From the IMG/VR virus record IMGVR_UViG_3300028840_003224, positions 1 through 64,000 of that record: a DNA stretch of 64,000 bases, one strand, 5' to 3'. Origin of the DNA: an uncultured virus (IMG/VR IMGVR_UViG_3300028840_003224). Taxonomy: Duplodnaviria; Heunggongvirae; Uroviricota; Caudoviricetes. Position 1 is the stretch's first letter, and every line of letters begins with the position of its first letter. Below, in pieces: positions 38,970 to 48,599 of the stretch. Below the pieces are notes generated by a model. That model saw nothing but the letters and a program-made list of their open reading frames with translations. It did not search any database and was not told the DNA's origin. The translations under genes were made by a program, and so were the position numbers.

Positions 38970-41710
38970 TCTGCACTCTCCTGCACAAGTTTGTTGTTAT
39001 CTACGAACCACCTAGCGGTGGGCTCACACTTTGTGAAACTGAGGTTACCAATACGGACATTCTTTCTGGAGTCCAAGGCAATAGGGAAGGTCTCTGACAG
39101 CCTGTCCTTGATAGCCCTTGAAGACCACTCGTCTTTCTGGAACTGATCCAGATCTTTCCAGAACCGGTCCCTGAAATCCTTCAACAGCACGGTGCCGCCG
39201 TTGATCATGTGACACCTCTCTTGGATGAACAGCTCCAAGGGATTCATGTTGCCGATCACGGCCTCTTGCTTGCCACGAGTCTCTATGACCGGCAGCCTCA
39301 TACGCCCGAGGGCTTCCGGCATCGTCTGGTCGACCAGAGTCCGCATGAAGTCCGGAGCCTCTTTACGCAGCGAGGCGAGCAACACGTCCTTCGGAATGTC
39401 CTCCTCCAAGCTGGGCACATTGAACGCGGTCACCCGCGTGTCTCCTGGGAATACAGGCAGGCTGCTGCGGTTGTTGGCCATCTGCACAAAGTGCAACGTG
39501 CTCGCCACTTCCTGGACCTGCTTGTACTTGGCGTGGATGCTGACCGTCATGCCGGTCGTCCACTCTTTCAGCTTGTCGTACGCCTCCATGCCGCCCGACT
39601 TGCTGATGTTCACTTCGTCGACAACCGCAAGTACCGCATCCATCAGCTCGCCGTTGTAGCCCTGCTTCGAGGTGAGTGCCCGGTCAGCTTTCACCACGCC
39701 TTTGGTCATAAGCTCCGAGATCGCCTCGTGGAATATGGACTTGCCACTGTTCTGAGGTCCGTACATGAAAAGGTAGGGAAGCTTGCACTGAGGCTGGCGC
39801 AACATGCACGCGATCCAAGCAGTCAAGTAATCGCCACCTCTGCGGATTCCCCACGAAGCGGTCCAAGGCAGATCGAGTATGTACTCGTCCAGGTCGGTCC
39901 CACAGTGGTTCATAACCCGGTCCCAGTTTGGATGGTGGGGAGCTTCGTCCTCTCCCATCTCGCGAGGGGCATACTTCAGCTGGGCTGCGTTCCTGTTCCA
40001 CTTGCGGCCTCCGGGATACTCTGGGGCGAACGGGTCATTCGTCAATTGCCATGCTTTGAACACGGCGGCACCTATCACAGGGTCCACCTTCGCGATCCCT
40101 TGAGACATCAGGTACGCCTTGACGTTTTCACGCGGGTGGATGGTCCACTTCTCACTGTGGTCTCTCAGCACCCAGTCGTCGAACTTGTCGCCGATCTTCA
40201 ACGCCCTGAACTTGTCGTCCAGCTCTGTCCACAGCTCCGCGTCCTCTTGCTCTTTGTCGGAGGTGTCTATCGCGTCGTCAATGACCCGCTCCCACCCCTT
40301 CGTCGTCTTCGCGAACCGAGGCCAGTCCCCTGGCTCATCTTTCCCTTTCTTACTGATGACCAGCACGATCTTGCCGTCCGACTCGCGTGCACGCAACGCC
40401 ATTGTGCGAGACGTGTCCTTCACAGCGGCGACAGGGAGCGTTATCTTTGACCCCAGCATCACCAACGCAGCTTCCATCTCTGCGGCTGTGCTGAAGATGA
40501 ACCCTTGCTTCGGGTCCGGACCTTCAAAGCCTCCACACGCCATCGCGATCTGACGAAGCGTCGCCGGGAAGTTGTAGGTGGTGTGGGTCCACTTGCCTTG
40601 CTTACCCCACAGCTCACACTCCACAGCCTCACCGAAGCGGTACACATCCCAGCCGCCGTTCGCCTTGGGCCTCATGAAGCAGTTAGGCTTGCCTCGATCC
40701 TGCTCGTGCGAGTTGGTGTCGAACAGGCCCTTCATCGGAGTGTCGTTCGCAGCCCACTTGTCGTACACTTCTTTCAACCCGCCCGTGTGCCCCTGCCACA
40801 GATGGTGATCCGGAACCCACAGAGCTGTGTGCCCTGTCTCTTCCAGCTCTTCCAGTATACGGAGGTGGATCTCGTCGAGTTCAATCTTAGAGTGCGCCTG
40901 GGTCATCTCGTCCAGTTCGTCGCCCTCGGTCTCTGTTCCATCGGAGGTCCATCCTTGGACTCTCACTTTGGTCCTGCCGCCCGAGACAACTTCAAGATGA
41001 TCTCTCCAGTTCGGAGGGACGTGGGCGTCAGTCAGTATCTGTGTCGCTGGCTTCACCTGCGAGTAGCCGCGATTCTCTTTTGTTGCTTCCACGTGGTGGA
41101 ACCACATGTTCCCGCCGCAGACATCTACGTTCGCTTCGCAGTCGAAGCCTGTGTGTTTGGCGATCAGCGGAATGAACGAACGTGCGAGCGCAGCGTGCTC
41201 GTCATGATTCATTGTTACTGGGTATGGCTCCTGGAACCAGATGTACAAGTGCCTGCCGCCACCCCGCGTCGAGCGGATGACTTCCAGCCACGGCACATCG
41301 ATCTTGTCCAGCTTGGCCATCTCTTTGTCCGAGATCCCGATGCCGTCGGCGTGCCCGGCTATGGTATCAAAGTCAAAGCCAAGCCCCTCAGAGTGCCGTT
41401 CCTTCCAGTTCCACCATGTGCTCCCGATGCATTGCATACGGTCGCCTATAATATATTGGATTGGCGGGTTGCTGTAATTGGGCTCGGTCTTGGCGTTGTA
41501 AGGCCACCGAGCGGGTCCGAAGACCTCTCCCTTGTCCTCGAACATCTTGGAGTCCTCAATGGGACGTCCGTGGTTGAAGCACAGGATCTGGGTCTCTAAT
41601 CGCGCCGGGTCGTTGCCCCATCGAGCGATAAGCTCGGGATTGTTGTGGTTCTTTGACAGCACATTGTCATAGTACGTCTTGTACGCGACTGTCATTCTGG
41701 GATTTTGCAT
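38966..41710 (-). CDS. Primase-helicase (SF3/D5-like, DUF5906-type C-domain)
   Basis: FDFD and RSTRGGGRHLY primase-like motifs; GPQNSGKS, VVDE, MANN; GGAGA RBS. Confidence 0.88.
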   Translation of the reverse strand: MQNPRMTVAYKTYYDNVLSKNHNNPELIARWGNDPARLETQILCFNHGRPIEDSKMFEDKGEVFGPARWPYNAKTEPNYSNPPIQYIIGDRMQCIGSTWWNWKERHSEGLGFDFDTIAGHADGIGISDKEMAKLDKIDVPWLEVIRSTRGGGRHLYIWFQEPYPVTMNHDEHAALARSFIPLIAKHTGFDCEANVDVCGGNMWFHHVEATKENRGYSQVKPATQILTDAHVPPNWRDHLEVVSGGRTKVRVQGWTSDGTETEGDELDEMTQAHSKIELDEIHLRILEELEETGHTALWVPDHHLWQGHTGGLKEVYDKWAANDTPMKGLFDTNSHEQDRGKPNCFMRPKANGGWDVYRFGEAVECELWGKQGKWTHTTYNFPATLRQIAMACGGFEGPDPKQGFIFSTAAEMEAALVMLGSKITLPVAAVKDTSRTMALRARESDGKIVLVISKKGKDEPGDWPRFAKTTKGWERVIDDAIDTSDKEQEDAELWTELDDKFRALKIGDKFDDWVLRDHSEKWTIHPRENVKAYLMSQGIAKVDPVIGAAVFKAWQLTNDPFAPEYPGGRKWNRNAAQLKYAPREMGEDEAPHHPNWDRVMNHCGTDLDEYILDLPWTASWGIRRGGDYLTAWIACMLRQPQCKLPYLFMYGPQNSGKSIFHEAISELMTKGVVKADRALTSKQGYNGELMDAVLAVVDEVNISKSGGMEAYDKLKEWTTGMTVSIHAKYKQVQEVASTLHFVQMANNRSSLPVFPGDTRVTAFNVPSLEEDIPKDVLLASLRKEAPDFMRTLVDQTMPEALGRMRLPVIETRGKQEAVIGNMNPLELFIQERCHMINGGTVLLKDFRDRFWKDLDQFQKDEWSSRAIKDRLSETFPIALDSRKNVRIGNLSFTKCEPTARWFVDNNKLVQESAE

Positions 41711-41739
41711 AGTATCTCCGTCCGATTCTTGAAAGTTGT

Positions 41740-41758
41740 CTACCATTATTGTGTATCA
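41740..41758 (-). promoter_or_regulatory. 19-bp motif upstream of primase-helicase
   Basis: Reverse complement TGATACACAATAATGGTAG. Confidence 0.7.
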
Positions 41759-41809
41759 ATCCCGGCATAAAGTCCGCGAATTATGTGGGGAATTCCGTCT
41801 TGCGCCGCC

Positions 41810-42100
41810 AACTCATCCGCAAACGCCGGTTTTCATCCGCAGCTTATCTTCGTACTTTTGGGGGGTGTCGTCCCTCGCCTGCCGATTCACAAACCCCTGG
41901 TGGCGGGGTGTACCCCCCAAAAGTACGAAGATAAGATTTCCCTTTATCCGCACCCATCCGCAAAGCAAGTGCCGCAGTATCAAGGACTTACGTCGATTTG
42001 CGGATGGCGGATGGGCGAAACAAACGGCATAGCTTTTCATAGATATTGGCAGAAACCGACGATCCTAGGGGTAGTTGTTTTCTCCGTCCGCCATCCGCAA
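41810..42100. other. Origin-like iteron/palindrome element, copy B
   Basis: Perfect 24-bp IR 41843-41866/41912-41935; ATCCGCA iterons; lies between divergent primase-helicase and ParB-like genes. Confidence 0.7.
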
Positions 42101-42199
42101 ATGTATTTCGAGACATCATATATGCCCTGCCGGAACGTGCCGAATCGTGCCGGAAAAAGACGAAAATAATCTCAGAAGGGCCGGAGCAGACTCGTCATT

Positions 42200-42218
42200 T
42201 GTTACACAATAATGATAG
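42200..42218 (+). promoter_or_regulatory. 19-bp motif upstream of ParB-like gene
   Basis: TGTTACACAATAATGATAG, 4 nt before ATG. Confidence 0.7.
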
Positions 42219-42222
42219 AGCC

Positions 42223-43161
42223 ATGAGCGATAAACAACTTTCCCACATCCCGATCAGTCAGATTTACCCGCCAACAATGTTGTTGCGGGCGGTCAAGCGT
42301 ACGACTTATCAGTGGGAAGAGTTCTGTGACTCGATCAAACGCGACGGAGTCCTGCAACCGATCCTCGTGCGGCCTCACCCGACACTGGTTGGGTATCAGG
42401 TCGTCGAAGGCAACCACAGGTACCACGCAGCGAAGCTGGCAGGCCACTCTACTATACCTTGTTACATCCGAGAGGTGACTGACAAGGAAATAGAGATCCT
42501 CCAGCTGAAGGCACAGGCCGTGAGGCCTATCAACGCAGACATGTGGGACTACGCCAAGCGTCTGCGTAAGTTAATGGATTCGGGGCACACGATCAACGAC
42601 CTGTGTTCCATTATTTGCAAGAGCCCACAGTGGGTCCGGAAGATCTTGAAGTTAAACCGGTTGTGCGACGCAGCACGTCTACCTCTAAGCAATGGGGAGA
42701 TTAAGCTGTGCGCCGCCGTAGCACTGAGTGATCTTCCGGAGCCACTGCAAGCTCGATTCGTTGAAGATGCCATGGTTATGCCCGCTGGCAAGTTTGTCGA
42801 CAGAGTTCGCGAGGCACGGCTTGATTATGAGCTGGCCATCCTGAACGGCACTGTTGAGGACAGGGACGAGGGCATCAAGCCTCGCCTACGCTCCCTGAAG
42901 CAACTGATGATTGAGTCAGACACCAAAGAGGCTGCCAACAGAGTATTGGAAGCGCGGAACGCAGAGACAGCCCTCGACGGCTGGATGGCATGCTTGGCCT
43001 GGATGATGCGTCTTGATCCGGTCACAATACAAAGCATCCGCGATGGCGTGAAGGAGGAAAAAGATGCCCGACTAACAGACCTTGAGTTCAGACGACAGAA
43101 ACGCAGAATGATTGAGAATCTTGTACCCAATATTTCACCAACTGGAGTTCCATACGAATGA
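42223..43161 (+). CDS. ParB/Srx-like protein with HTH
   Basis: SIKRDGVLQPILVRP...YQVVEGNHRYHAAKLAG. Confidence 0.88.
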   Translation: MSDKQLSHIPISQIYPPTMLLRAVKRTTYQWEEFCDSIKRDGVLQPILVRPHPTLVGYQVVEGNHRYHAAKLAGHSTIPCYIREVTDKEIEILQLKAQAVRPINADMWDYAKRLRKLMDSGHTINDLCSIICKSPQWVRKILKLNRLCDAARLPLSNGEIKLCAAVALSDLPEPLQARFVEDAMVMPAGKFVDRVREARLDYELAILNGTVEDRDEGIKPRLRSLKQLMIESDTKEAANRVLEARNAETALDGWMACLAWMMRLDPVTIQSIRDGVKEEKDARLTDLEFRRQKRRMIENLVPNISPTGVPYE

Positions 43162-43850
43162 GTAATGAATTAGTGCCTTTCAAAGTCAACAACCTCCCCG
43201 CAGTCCAGGAAGACGTCCTGAACCAAGTCGCTGAAGTCAGCAAAGGTTCCGACTTTATCCCTCGCTTGCAGCTTGTCACCAAAGGCAAGTACGTTGACAC
43301 GGGCAAGATCGGCCCCGGTCGCTGGGGCGTGCCTCAGTCTGGTGGCGAAGAGATTATCGACCTGGGCGACCAGATCGACATCATCCCCTTCGCTGTCCGA
43401 GCCAAGGCCATCGACATGAGCGACCGTGACGCCATCGTCGCAGTCTACGATACAAAGGACCCTGAGTTCCAACGTATCAAGACCGCCCCGAAGAACACTG
43501 GCTGCATGTGGGGGCCTAGCTTCCTCGTGCTCGAACGTGCGACAGGCAAGTTGTACGAACTGTTCTTCGGCAACGCCTCGGGTCGTATGGAAGCTGGCAA
43601 GTTGCGACCCTTCCTTCCGACGGCTGACAACCAGGGTGTCCCCAGTGCTGCTAGCCTGGGCATCCGTTACAAGAGCACCAAAGAGTATGGCTGGCATGTG
43701 CCCGTCGTAACCAAGTGCTCCGAGCCGTTCGACCCGGACAATTGCCCGGCTGGCGACATCCTGAACGCGGAAGTTGAGAAGTTCAACAACCCGTCGAAGG
43801 GTGCTGAGAAGGTTGCCGAAGCGGACGCACCGAAAGGTCGCGCACGCTAA
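43158..43850 (+). CDS. Putative ssDNA-binding protein
   Basis: FIPRLQL N-terminus, YGWHVP C-terminus; replication module position. Confidence 0.5.
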   Translation: MSNELVPFKVNNLPAVQEDVLNQVAEVSKGSDFIPRLQLVTKGKYVDTGKIGPGRWGVPQSGGEEIIDLGDQIDIIPFAVRAKAIDMSDRDAIVAVYDTKDPEFQRIKTAPKNTGCMWGPSFLVLERATGKLYELFFGNASGRMEAGKLRPFLPTADNQGVPSAASLGIRYKSTKEYGWHVPVVTKCSEPFDPDNCPAGDILNAEVEKFNNPSKGAEKVAEADAPKGRAR

Positions 43851-43935
43851 CTAAGCATTCCCAGGCGGGGCGAGGCGAGCGGCATCTCGCACATTGGTGC
43901 CCACTCGCCCCGTTACTGGGTTCTTTGGAGATACA

Positions 43936-44298
43936 ATGACAGACAGACTAAACGAAACACTTACATGGGCGGTAGACAACGATGTCAATTGTGAAGTGGT
44001 TATCAGAGACTCGTTTATTTCGATCCGCGCCACCCGAGACAACATCTTCGCACAGTTCCCCATTGCCGACGGAACAGCAGCGTCAATTGGTTCAGCTTTC
44101 TTCTCTGCTATCGACAGCCTTAAAGCTGGCACCGAATTTCATGCAACAAATGGCTTCCTGCCAGACCCTACGAAATTGTACTCAGGAGCTGGACCTGAGG
44201 CGGGCGGAAGTGGCCCTGGAGACAGCGGAGATTGCGAGGAATGTGGCCCTGGAGGCCAGCTGCCCTCACCGGACAATGAAGCCGGTTCTGGGGCATGA
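43936..44298 (+). CDS. Hypothetical protein
   Basis: GGAGA RBS; 3' part overlaps next gene. Confidence 0.55.
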   Translation: MTDRLNETLTWAVDNDVNCEVVIRDSFISIRATRDNIFAQFPIADGTAASIGSAFFSAIDSLKAGTEFHATNGFLPDPTKLYSGAGPEAGGSGPGDSGDCEECGPGGQLPSPDNEAGSGA

Positions 44299-44455
44299 CG
44301 GCCTGCAATGGACCGCAGGGTACGGCTGGGACGCCTCAGGCGAGCGACTGGTAGTCGGACGCGGTGAGACTCCGATGGAAGCCATGCACAGCTTCAACCG
44401 AAAGTGGTGGGGCTCAGAGATGGATGAGGTGGAAGGGAAAGGAAACAATGAATGA
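44141..44455 (+). CDS. Hypothetical phage protein
   Basis: DGLQWTAGYG...GRGETPMEAMHSFN; ATGA overlap downstream. Confidence 0.7.
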   Translation: MQQMASCQTLRNCTQELDLRRAEVALETAEIARNVALEASCPHRTMKPVLGHDGLQWTAGYGWDASGERLVVGRGETPMEAMHSFNRKWWGSEMDEVEGKGNNE

Positions 44456-44964
44456 GCGGAGTATCACTAGTTCAGTTCAGCAACCTGGACCTGAAGAAGT
44501 TCTTACCCGCTGCGCGTGCGGCTCTTGGGAGAAGTCTGAGCGAGCCAGCGGACTCGGTGAACGCCGACCCACCCCTGCATCACATGTTGTGTATCGCGGC
44601 TCTCAAAGAACCGAACCTGAAACCCACAGCTTCGTCCCTGGCCCCGTACGCGAATCTTTTCCATGCGGGCTTCCTTGTGGCTGCGGACGAGAGAGACTTC
44701 GCAGAACTTCTAGAAGTATGCGGAATGCCCGCATTGTTAGTCGACTCCGTGCAGCGGGGTACAATGGTTGCCTTTATTTCGGGTTCAATGTCTCAATGGC
44801 GGATGGCCGTCCTACGAGGTTGTGTGTCAACTGTGACAAGCGAAGTCAGGAAGATTTGTAATCAACTCTACGCCGAGTTCAACAAGTTGGGGTTGGCCCC
44901 GATGTTTGAAGCTCGCAAACGAGAGCATACATCAGACAACACATTCTTACTGGAACATAAATGA
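44452..44964 (+). CDS. Hypothetical protein, possibly degenerate ThyX fold
   Basis: ISGSMSQWR...SEVRKICNQLY resembles ThyX C-terminus; no RHR motif. Confidence 0.45.
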   Translation: MSGVSLVQFSNLDLKKFLPAARAALGRSLSEPADSVNADPPLHHMLCIAALKEPNLKPTASSLAPYANLFHAGFLVAADERDFAELLEVCGMPALLVDSVQRGTMVAFISGSMSQWRMAVLRGCVSTVTSEVRKICNQLYAEFNKLGLAPMFEARKREHTSDNTFLLEHK

Positions 44965-46922
44965 TTGAAGAACTAAAACTTCTCAAGCAGACTAAGAGTG
45001 GCTCCTGGGTGCGTTCACCCGCCACCGTGTCTCGTGAGAATGGCCGGATCGAATTCCTCAAGTCTGACTATGCCTTGAAGGACGAGATCAAAGCAATGGC
45101 AGGGAGCAAGTGGCACGGCTTCATCGAGGGCGACAAGAGAAAGATCTGGTCGGTGTCCGACTGCACCCGCAACAACTTCCAACTCGACTACATGCAAGGC
45201 GGCAACCCATACGCTAACTGGGACAAGCCGCTACAGAACTTCATCTACGAACGGCCTTTGTTCGACCATCAGTGTTTGATGTCCGACCACTGCCTGACGT
45301 ACCACTACAAGATCCTGGCTGCCGAGATGGGCGTTGGTAAAACGCTGTCAGCCATCGAAGTGATGGAGCGGTCTGGTGTGAACGACTGGTGGTGGGTCGC
45401 CCCACGGTCTGGTCTCAACGCTGTGGACCTGGAGTTCGAGAAGTGGGGTCTGCGAACCAACCCCAACCTGATGACCTACCGTGGCTTCACTCTTGAGATC
45501 GAACGATGGGAGGCGGGCCGACCCGCACCGAAAGGTGTGATCTTCGACGAGTCTTCCCGACTCAAGTCCTGGAAGTCGAAGCGAACCAAGGCAGCTCAGC
45601 ACCTGTCTGACGCCATCCGCCGAGAGCACGGGTGGGACGGCTACGTGATCCTGATGTCTGGTACACCCGCTCCGAAGTCCCCGCTGGACTGGTGGAGTCA
45701 GTGCGAGATCTGCTACCCTGGCTTCCTGAAGGAAGGATCGGCCAAAGCGTTCGAGCAACGGCTCGGCATCTACCAAGAGAAGTACACCGACCAAGGAAAG
45801 TTCTGGACCCGCACCGCGTGGAAGGACGACGTGGAACGCTGCTCGGTTTGTGGCCAGTTCATGTGGATAGACGAGGAGCAGGAAGACGGCAGCGTCATCC
45901 GAGTGGACAACCCAATCCACATGACCGACGACATCTTCGCCTCCGACAACGCGCACACATTTGTGCCCTGTGTCAACGAAGTGGCTTACATGTACGAGCG
46001 GCTGGATGGTCTGGCTCTTCCGCTGTTGAAGAAGGACGTCCTGGACTTGCCGGACAAGGTTTACCGAGAGGTTCACCTGGAGCCGAGCAGCACCATCAAG
46101 CGTGTCGCCAAGGCCTTGGCCAAGTCGGCCCTGAGTGTCATCCAAGGCATGACGTGGCTGCGGGAGTTGTCTGACGGCTTCCAATACCGCGACGTGCAAG
46201 ACGGCGTGATCCCGTGTCCAGTGTGCAAAGGCGAAGGCGAGTGCCAGCAGTGGTTTGATGAGTCCGGTGAGACTCACGATTTCCCTGAAGGTTACGACCC
46301 AGCTGCTGCATTGGCTCGCGGCGAGATCAACTACGAGCTGCGTACTGAGCAGTGTGAGAAGTGCATGGGGTCCGGTGAGATCCCCAAAATGGTCCGCGAG
46401 ACCAAAGAAGTGAAGTGCCCGAAAGAGCAGGCCATCCGAGACCTGTTGGAAGAGAACGAAGACCAAGGCCGTCTTGTCGTCTTCGCAGGCTTCCGAGGAT
46501 CAATCGACCGGATAGTCAACGTGTGCCATGCCCAGCAATGGAACGTGGTGCGGGTCGACGGTCGCGGGTGGAAGGTCATGAGGTACGACGGTGAGCGAGT
46601 CAGCACCAAGCTGAAGCCGCTCAACTATTGGCGCAACCTTAACAACGAACGAGTCGTGTTTGTCGCGCACCCAGAGTCAGGCGGTATGGGTTTGACTCTG
46701 ACTGAGGCCAGGATGGAAGTGTTTTATAGTAACGACTTCAAACCGGAGTCGCGACGGCAGGCCGAAGACCGCATCCATCGTCCAGGCATGGACGAGAACA
46801 AGGGTGCCACCATCGTCGACCTGTTCCACCTTGGGACCGACCAGAAGGTGTTGGACGTGTTGCGAGACAATCGTCGTCTCGAAGAAATGACCTTGACAGA
46901 AATGAAGGAATCCCTAGTATGA
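44961..46922 (+). CDS. SNF2-like SF2 helicase with Zn-finger insertions
   Basis: EMGVGKT, IFDESS, MSGTP, SGGMGLTLT, QAEDRIHRPG. Confidence 0.92.
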   Translation: MIEELKLLKQTKSGSWVRSPATVSRENGRIEFLKSDYALKDEIKAMAGSKWHGFIEGDKRKIWSVSDCTRNNFQLDYMQGGNPYANWDKPLQNFIYERPLFDHQCLMSDHCLTYHYKILAAEMGVGKTLSAIEVMERSGVNDWWWVAPRSGLNAVDLEFEKWGLRTNPNLMTYRGFTLEIERWEAGRPAPKGVIFDESSRLKSWKSKRTKAAQHLSDAIRREHGWDGYVILMSGTPAPKSPLDWWSQCEICYPGFLKEGSAKAFEQRLGIYQEKYTDQGKFWTRTAWKDDVERCSVCGQFMWIDEEQEDGSVIRVDNPIHMTDDIFASDNAHTFVPCVNEVAYMYERLDGLALPLLKKDVLDLPDKVYREVHLEPSSTIKRVAKALAKSALSVIQGMTWLRELSDGFQYRDVQDGVIPCPVCKGEGECQQWFDESGETHDFPEGYDPAAALARGEINYELRTEQCEKCMGSGEIPKMVRETKEVKCPKEQAIRDLLEENEDQGRLVVFAGFRGSIDRIVNVCHAQQWNVVRVDGRGWKVMRYDGERVSTKLKPLNYWRNLNNERVVFVAHPESGGMGLTLTEARMEVFYSNDFKPESRRQAEDRIHRPGMDENKGATIVDLFHLGTDQKVLDVLRDNRRLEEMTLTEMKESLV

Positions 46923-47278
46923 ACATTGCAGTCCTGCTGATGCCCAACGATATGTACTACTACCACAGCTGCATTCCCAACTCGAAGACACCTGCGAAGA
47001 TCACCGAGATATTGTACGGCCTTCGCGGCGAAGACGCCGACGTCTGCGTTGTCTGCGACTCGGAAGGTGCTGTGCTCGACATCAAGCTGAACGACACCTG
47101 CCCTGGCTACAACTACATCAAAGCAGTGTGTGCCGCCTTCGACGTGCCGATGGTGGAGTGCCTCTACGAAGGTCCTTACGTTGGCGCGACAGTGGCCAAC
47201 ATCAAGAAGGAACGCGGCGAGGTGTGTGTCAGCCCCATGTACCAGGAAGAACTGAAAGAAACGGAAGCACCATGCTAG
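46919..47278 (+). CDS. Hypothetical protein
   Basis: ATGA overlap. Confidence 0.7.
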   Translation: MNIAVLLMPNDMYYYHSCIPNSKTPAKITEILYGLRGEDADVCVVCDSEGAVLDIKLNDTCPGYNYIKAVCAAFDVPMVECLYEGPYVGATVANIKKERGEVCVSPMYQEELKETEAPC

Positions 47279-47436
47279 TTCACGAACTGCTTGACAGCTT
47301 GGACACCTGCTTTCAAGACTCGCTAGTGCAAGTCGAGATCAACGGCGTCCGTCACGACATCCACCGAGCATTGGAGAACTCAGAGAGCCTCGTCCTAGTG
47401 GTCGACCTCGATGAGGAAGAAAGGGAAATGCGTTGA
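47272..47436 (+). CDS. Small hypothetical protein
   Basis: MLVHELLDSLD; overlaps both neighbours. Confidence 0.6.
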   Translation: MLVHELLDSLDTCFQDSLVQVEINGVRHDIHRALENSESLVLVVDLDEEEREMR

Positions 47437-48599
47437 AAGTTCAAGATGCCTGCCCGGCTTGTGGCACAGTGGACGTGTACCCCTTGATCGATATGGGTCG
47501 GCAGCCGCTTTCATTAGTGGCTCTGACCAAGACCAAGGGCGACTCTGAGTGTCAGCTGCGGCTGCCAATCACGATCTCGATCTGCGAGCAGTGTGGGCAC
47601 TGCTTCAACACCAGCTTCACACACGAGGTGGAGTATTCCGGCGAAGGCTGTCGCATGTGGAACAATGGCCACAGGTGGCTGCGACATATGGAAGAGCTGG
47701 CCGGAAGCGTCAACTACCGATATGGAACCGTACCGACCGTGCTGGAGATTGGGGCTGGCAACTGCGAGTTCCTCGACATGCTGGACCCTGGGTTCATCAA
47801 GATCGCAGTGGACCCGGCAGCCAACAAGGGAGGCTGCGAGGATCAGAACATTCATGTCGAGAAGAACTACTTCGACCCGAGCCGCCATCTTCCTAATGGC
47901 GCTGGCGACTTGGTCGTGGTTATGCGACATCTCCTGGAACACATGGAGGACCCGAAGAGTTTCATGGAGGGCATCGCCCAAGCCCGTCGACACTTCGGCA
48001 AGAACGCCAATGTTGTTGTGGAAGTGCCCAGCATCGAGAACGCCCTGACCGACACACGACTGGCAGACTGGACGTACGAGCACCCGCAGCACTTCACACG
48101 GGCCAGCTTGGTCAGTCTGATGCAACGTGCCGGGTTCGAGACGGACGCTTGCTACAGGTCCTACGGCGGCGAGGTGCTGGTTTACATCGGCCATGTCCTA
48201 CCGTTCGAGGAGGACACCTTCTGCAAGTTGCGCGACAGCTTTAACAAGATGTCGTTCACCTGCTGCAAGATCGGAGCCGAACTCAAAGACATGGACAGCG
48301 TGGCCTACTGGGGCGGTGCTGGCAAGTCGGCGATGTTCCTGAACTACCTCGGCGTTCCTGAAGACGCTCTGGTGGTGGACAGCGACGAGAACAAGGTCGG
48401 CATGTACGTTCCTGGGACTGGCATCCAGATCACGTCCCCAGAGAAGCTGCTGATCGACCACGTAGACACAATTGTTATAACGACTGCTTGGCGTAAGGCA
48501 GACATCGCCGAAGAGATCAAGCGTCGCAACATCCCGTGCAACCGCATCCTGTCTTTCGAGCAGGGCAAATTAGTGGAGGTCGACCGTGGCCAGGAATAA
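47433..48599 (+). CDS. NDP-sugar C-methyltransferase (Zn-binding + SAM + C-terminal Rossmann)
   Basis: CPACG..MGRQPL..CEQCGH, VLEIGAG, HLLEH, YEHPQHF, YWGGAGKS, VDSDENKVGMYVPG. Confidence 0.88.
   Translation: MKVQDACPACGTVDVYPLIDMGRQPLSLVALTKTKGDSECQLRLPITISICEQCGHCFNTSFTHEVEYSGEGCRMWNNGHRWLRHMEELAGSVNYRYGTVPTVLEIGAGNCEFLDMLDPGFIKIAVDPAANKGGCEDQNIHVEKNYFDPSRHLPNGAGDLVVVMRHLLEHMEDPKSFMEGIAQARRHFGKNANVVVEVPSIENALTDTRLADWTYEHPQHFTRASLVSLMQRAGFETDACYRSYGGEVLVYIGHVLPFEEDTFCKLRDSFNKMSFTCCKIGAELKDMDSVAYWGGAGKSAMFLNYLGVPEDALVVDSDENKVGMYVPGTGIQITSPEKLLIDHVDTIVITTAWRKADIAEEIKRRNIPCNRILSFEQGKLVEVDRGQE

Noticed and set aside
42046..42222. Upstream extensions of ORFs in the track (ParB 42046, PolA 56524, 4561, 54750, 62402)
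   Set aside because: They overlap regulatory elements, tRNAs or upstream genes; downstream starts with RBS or coupling fit better
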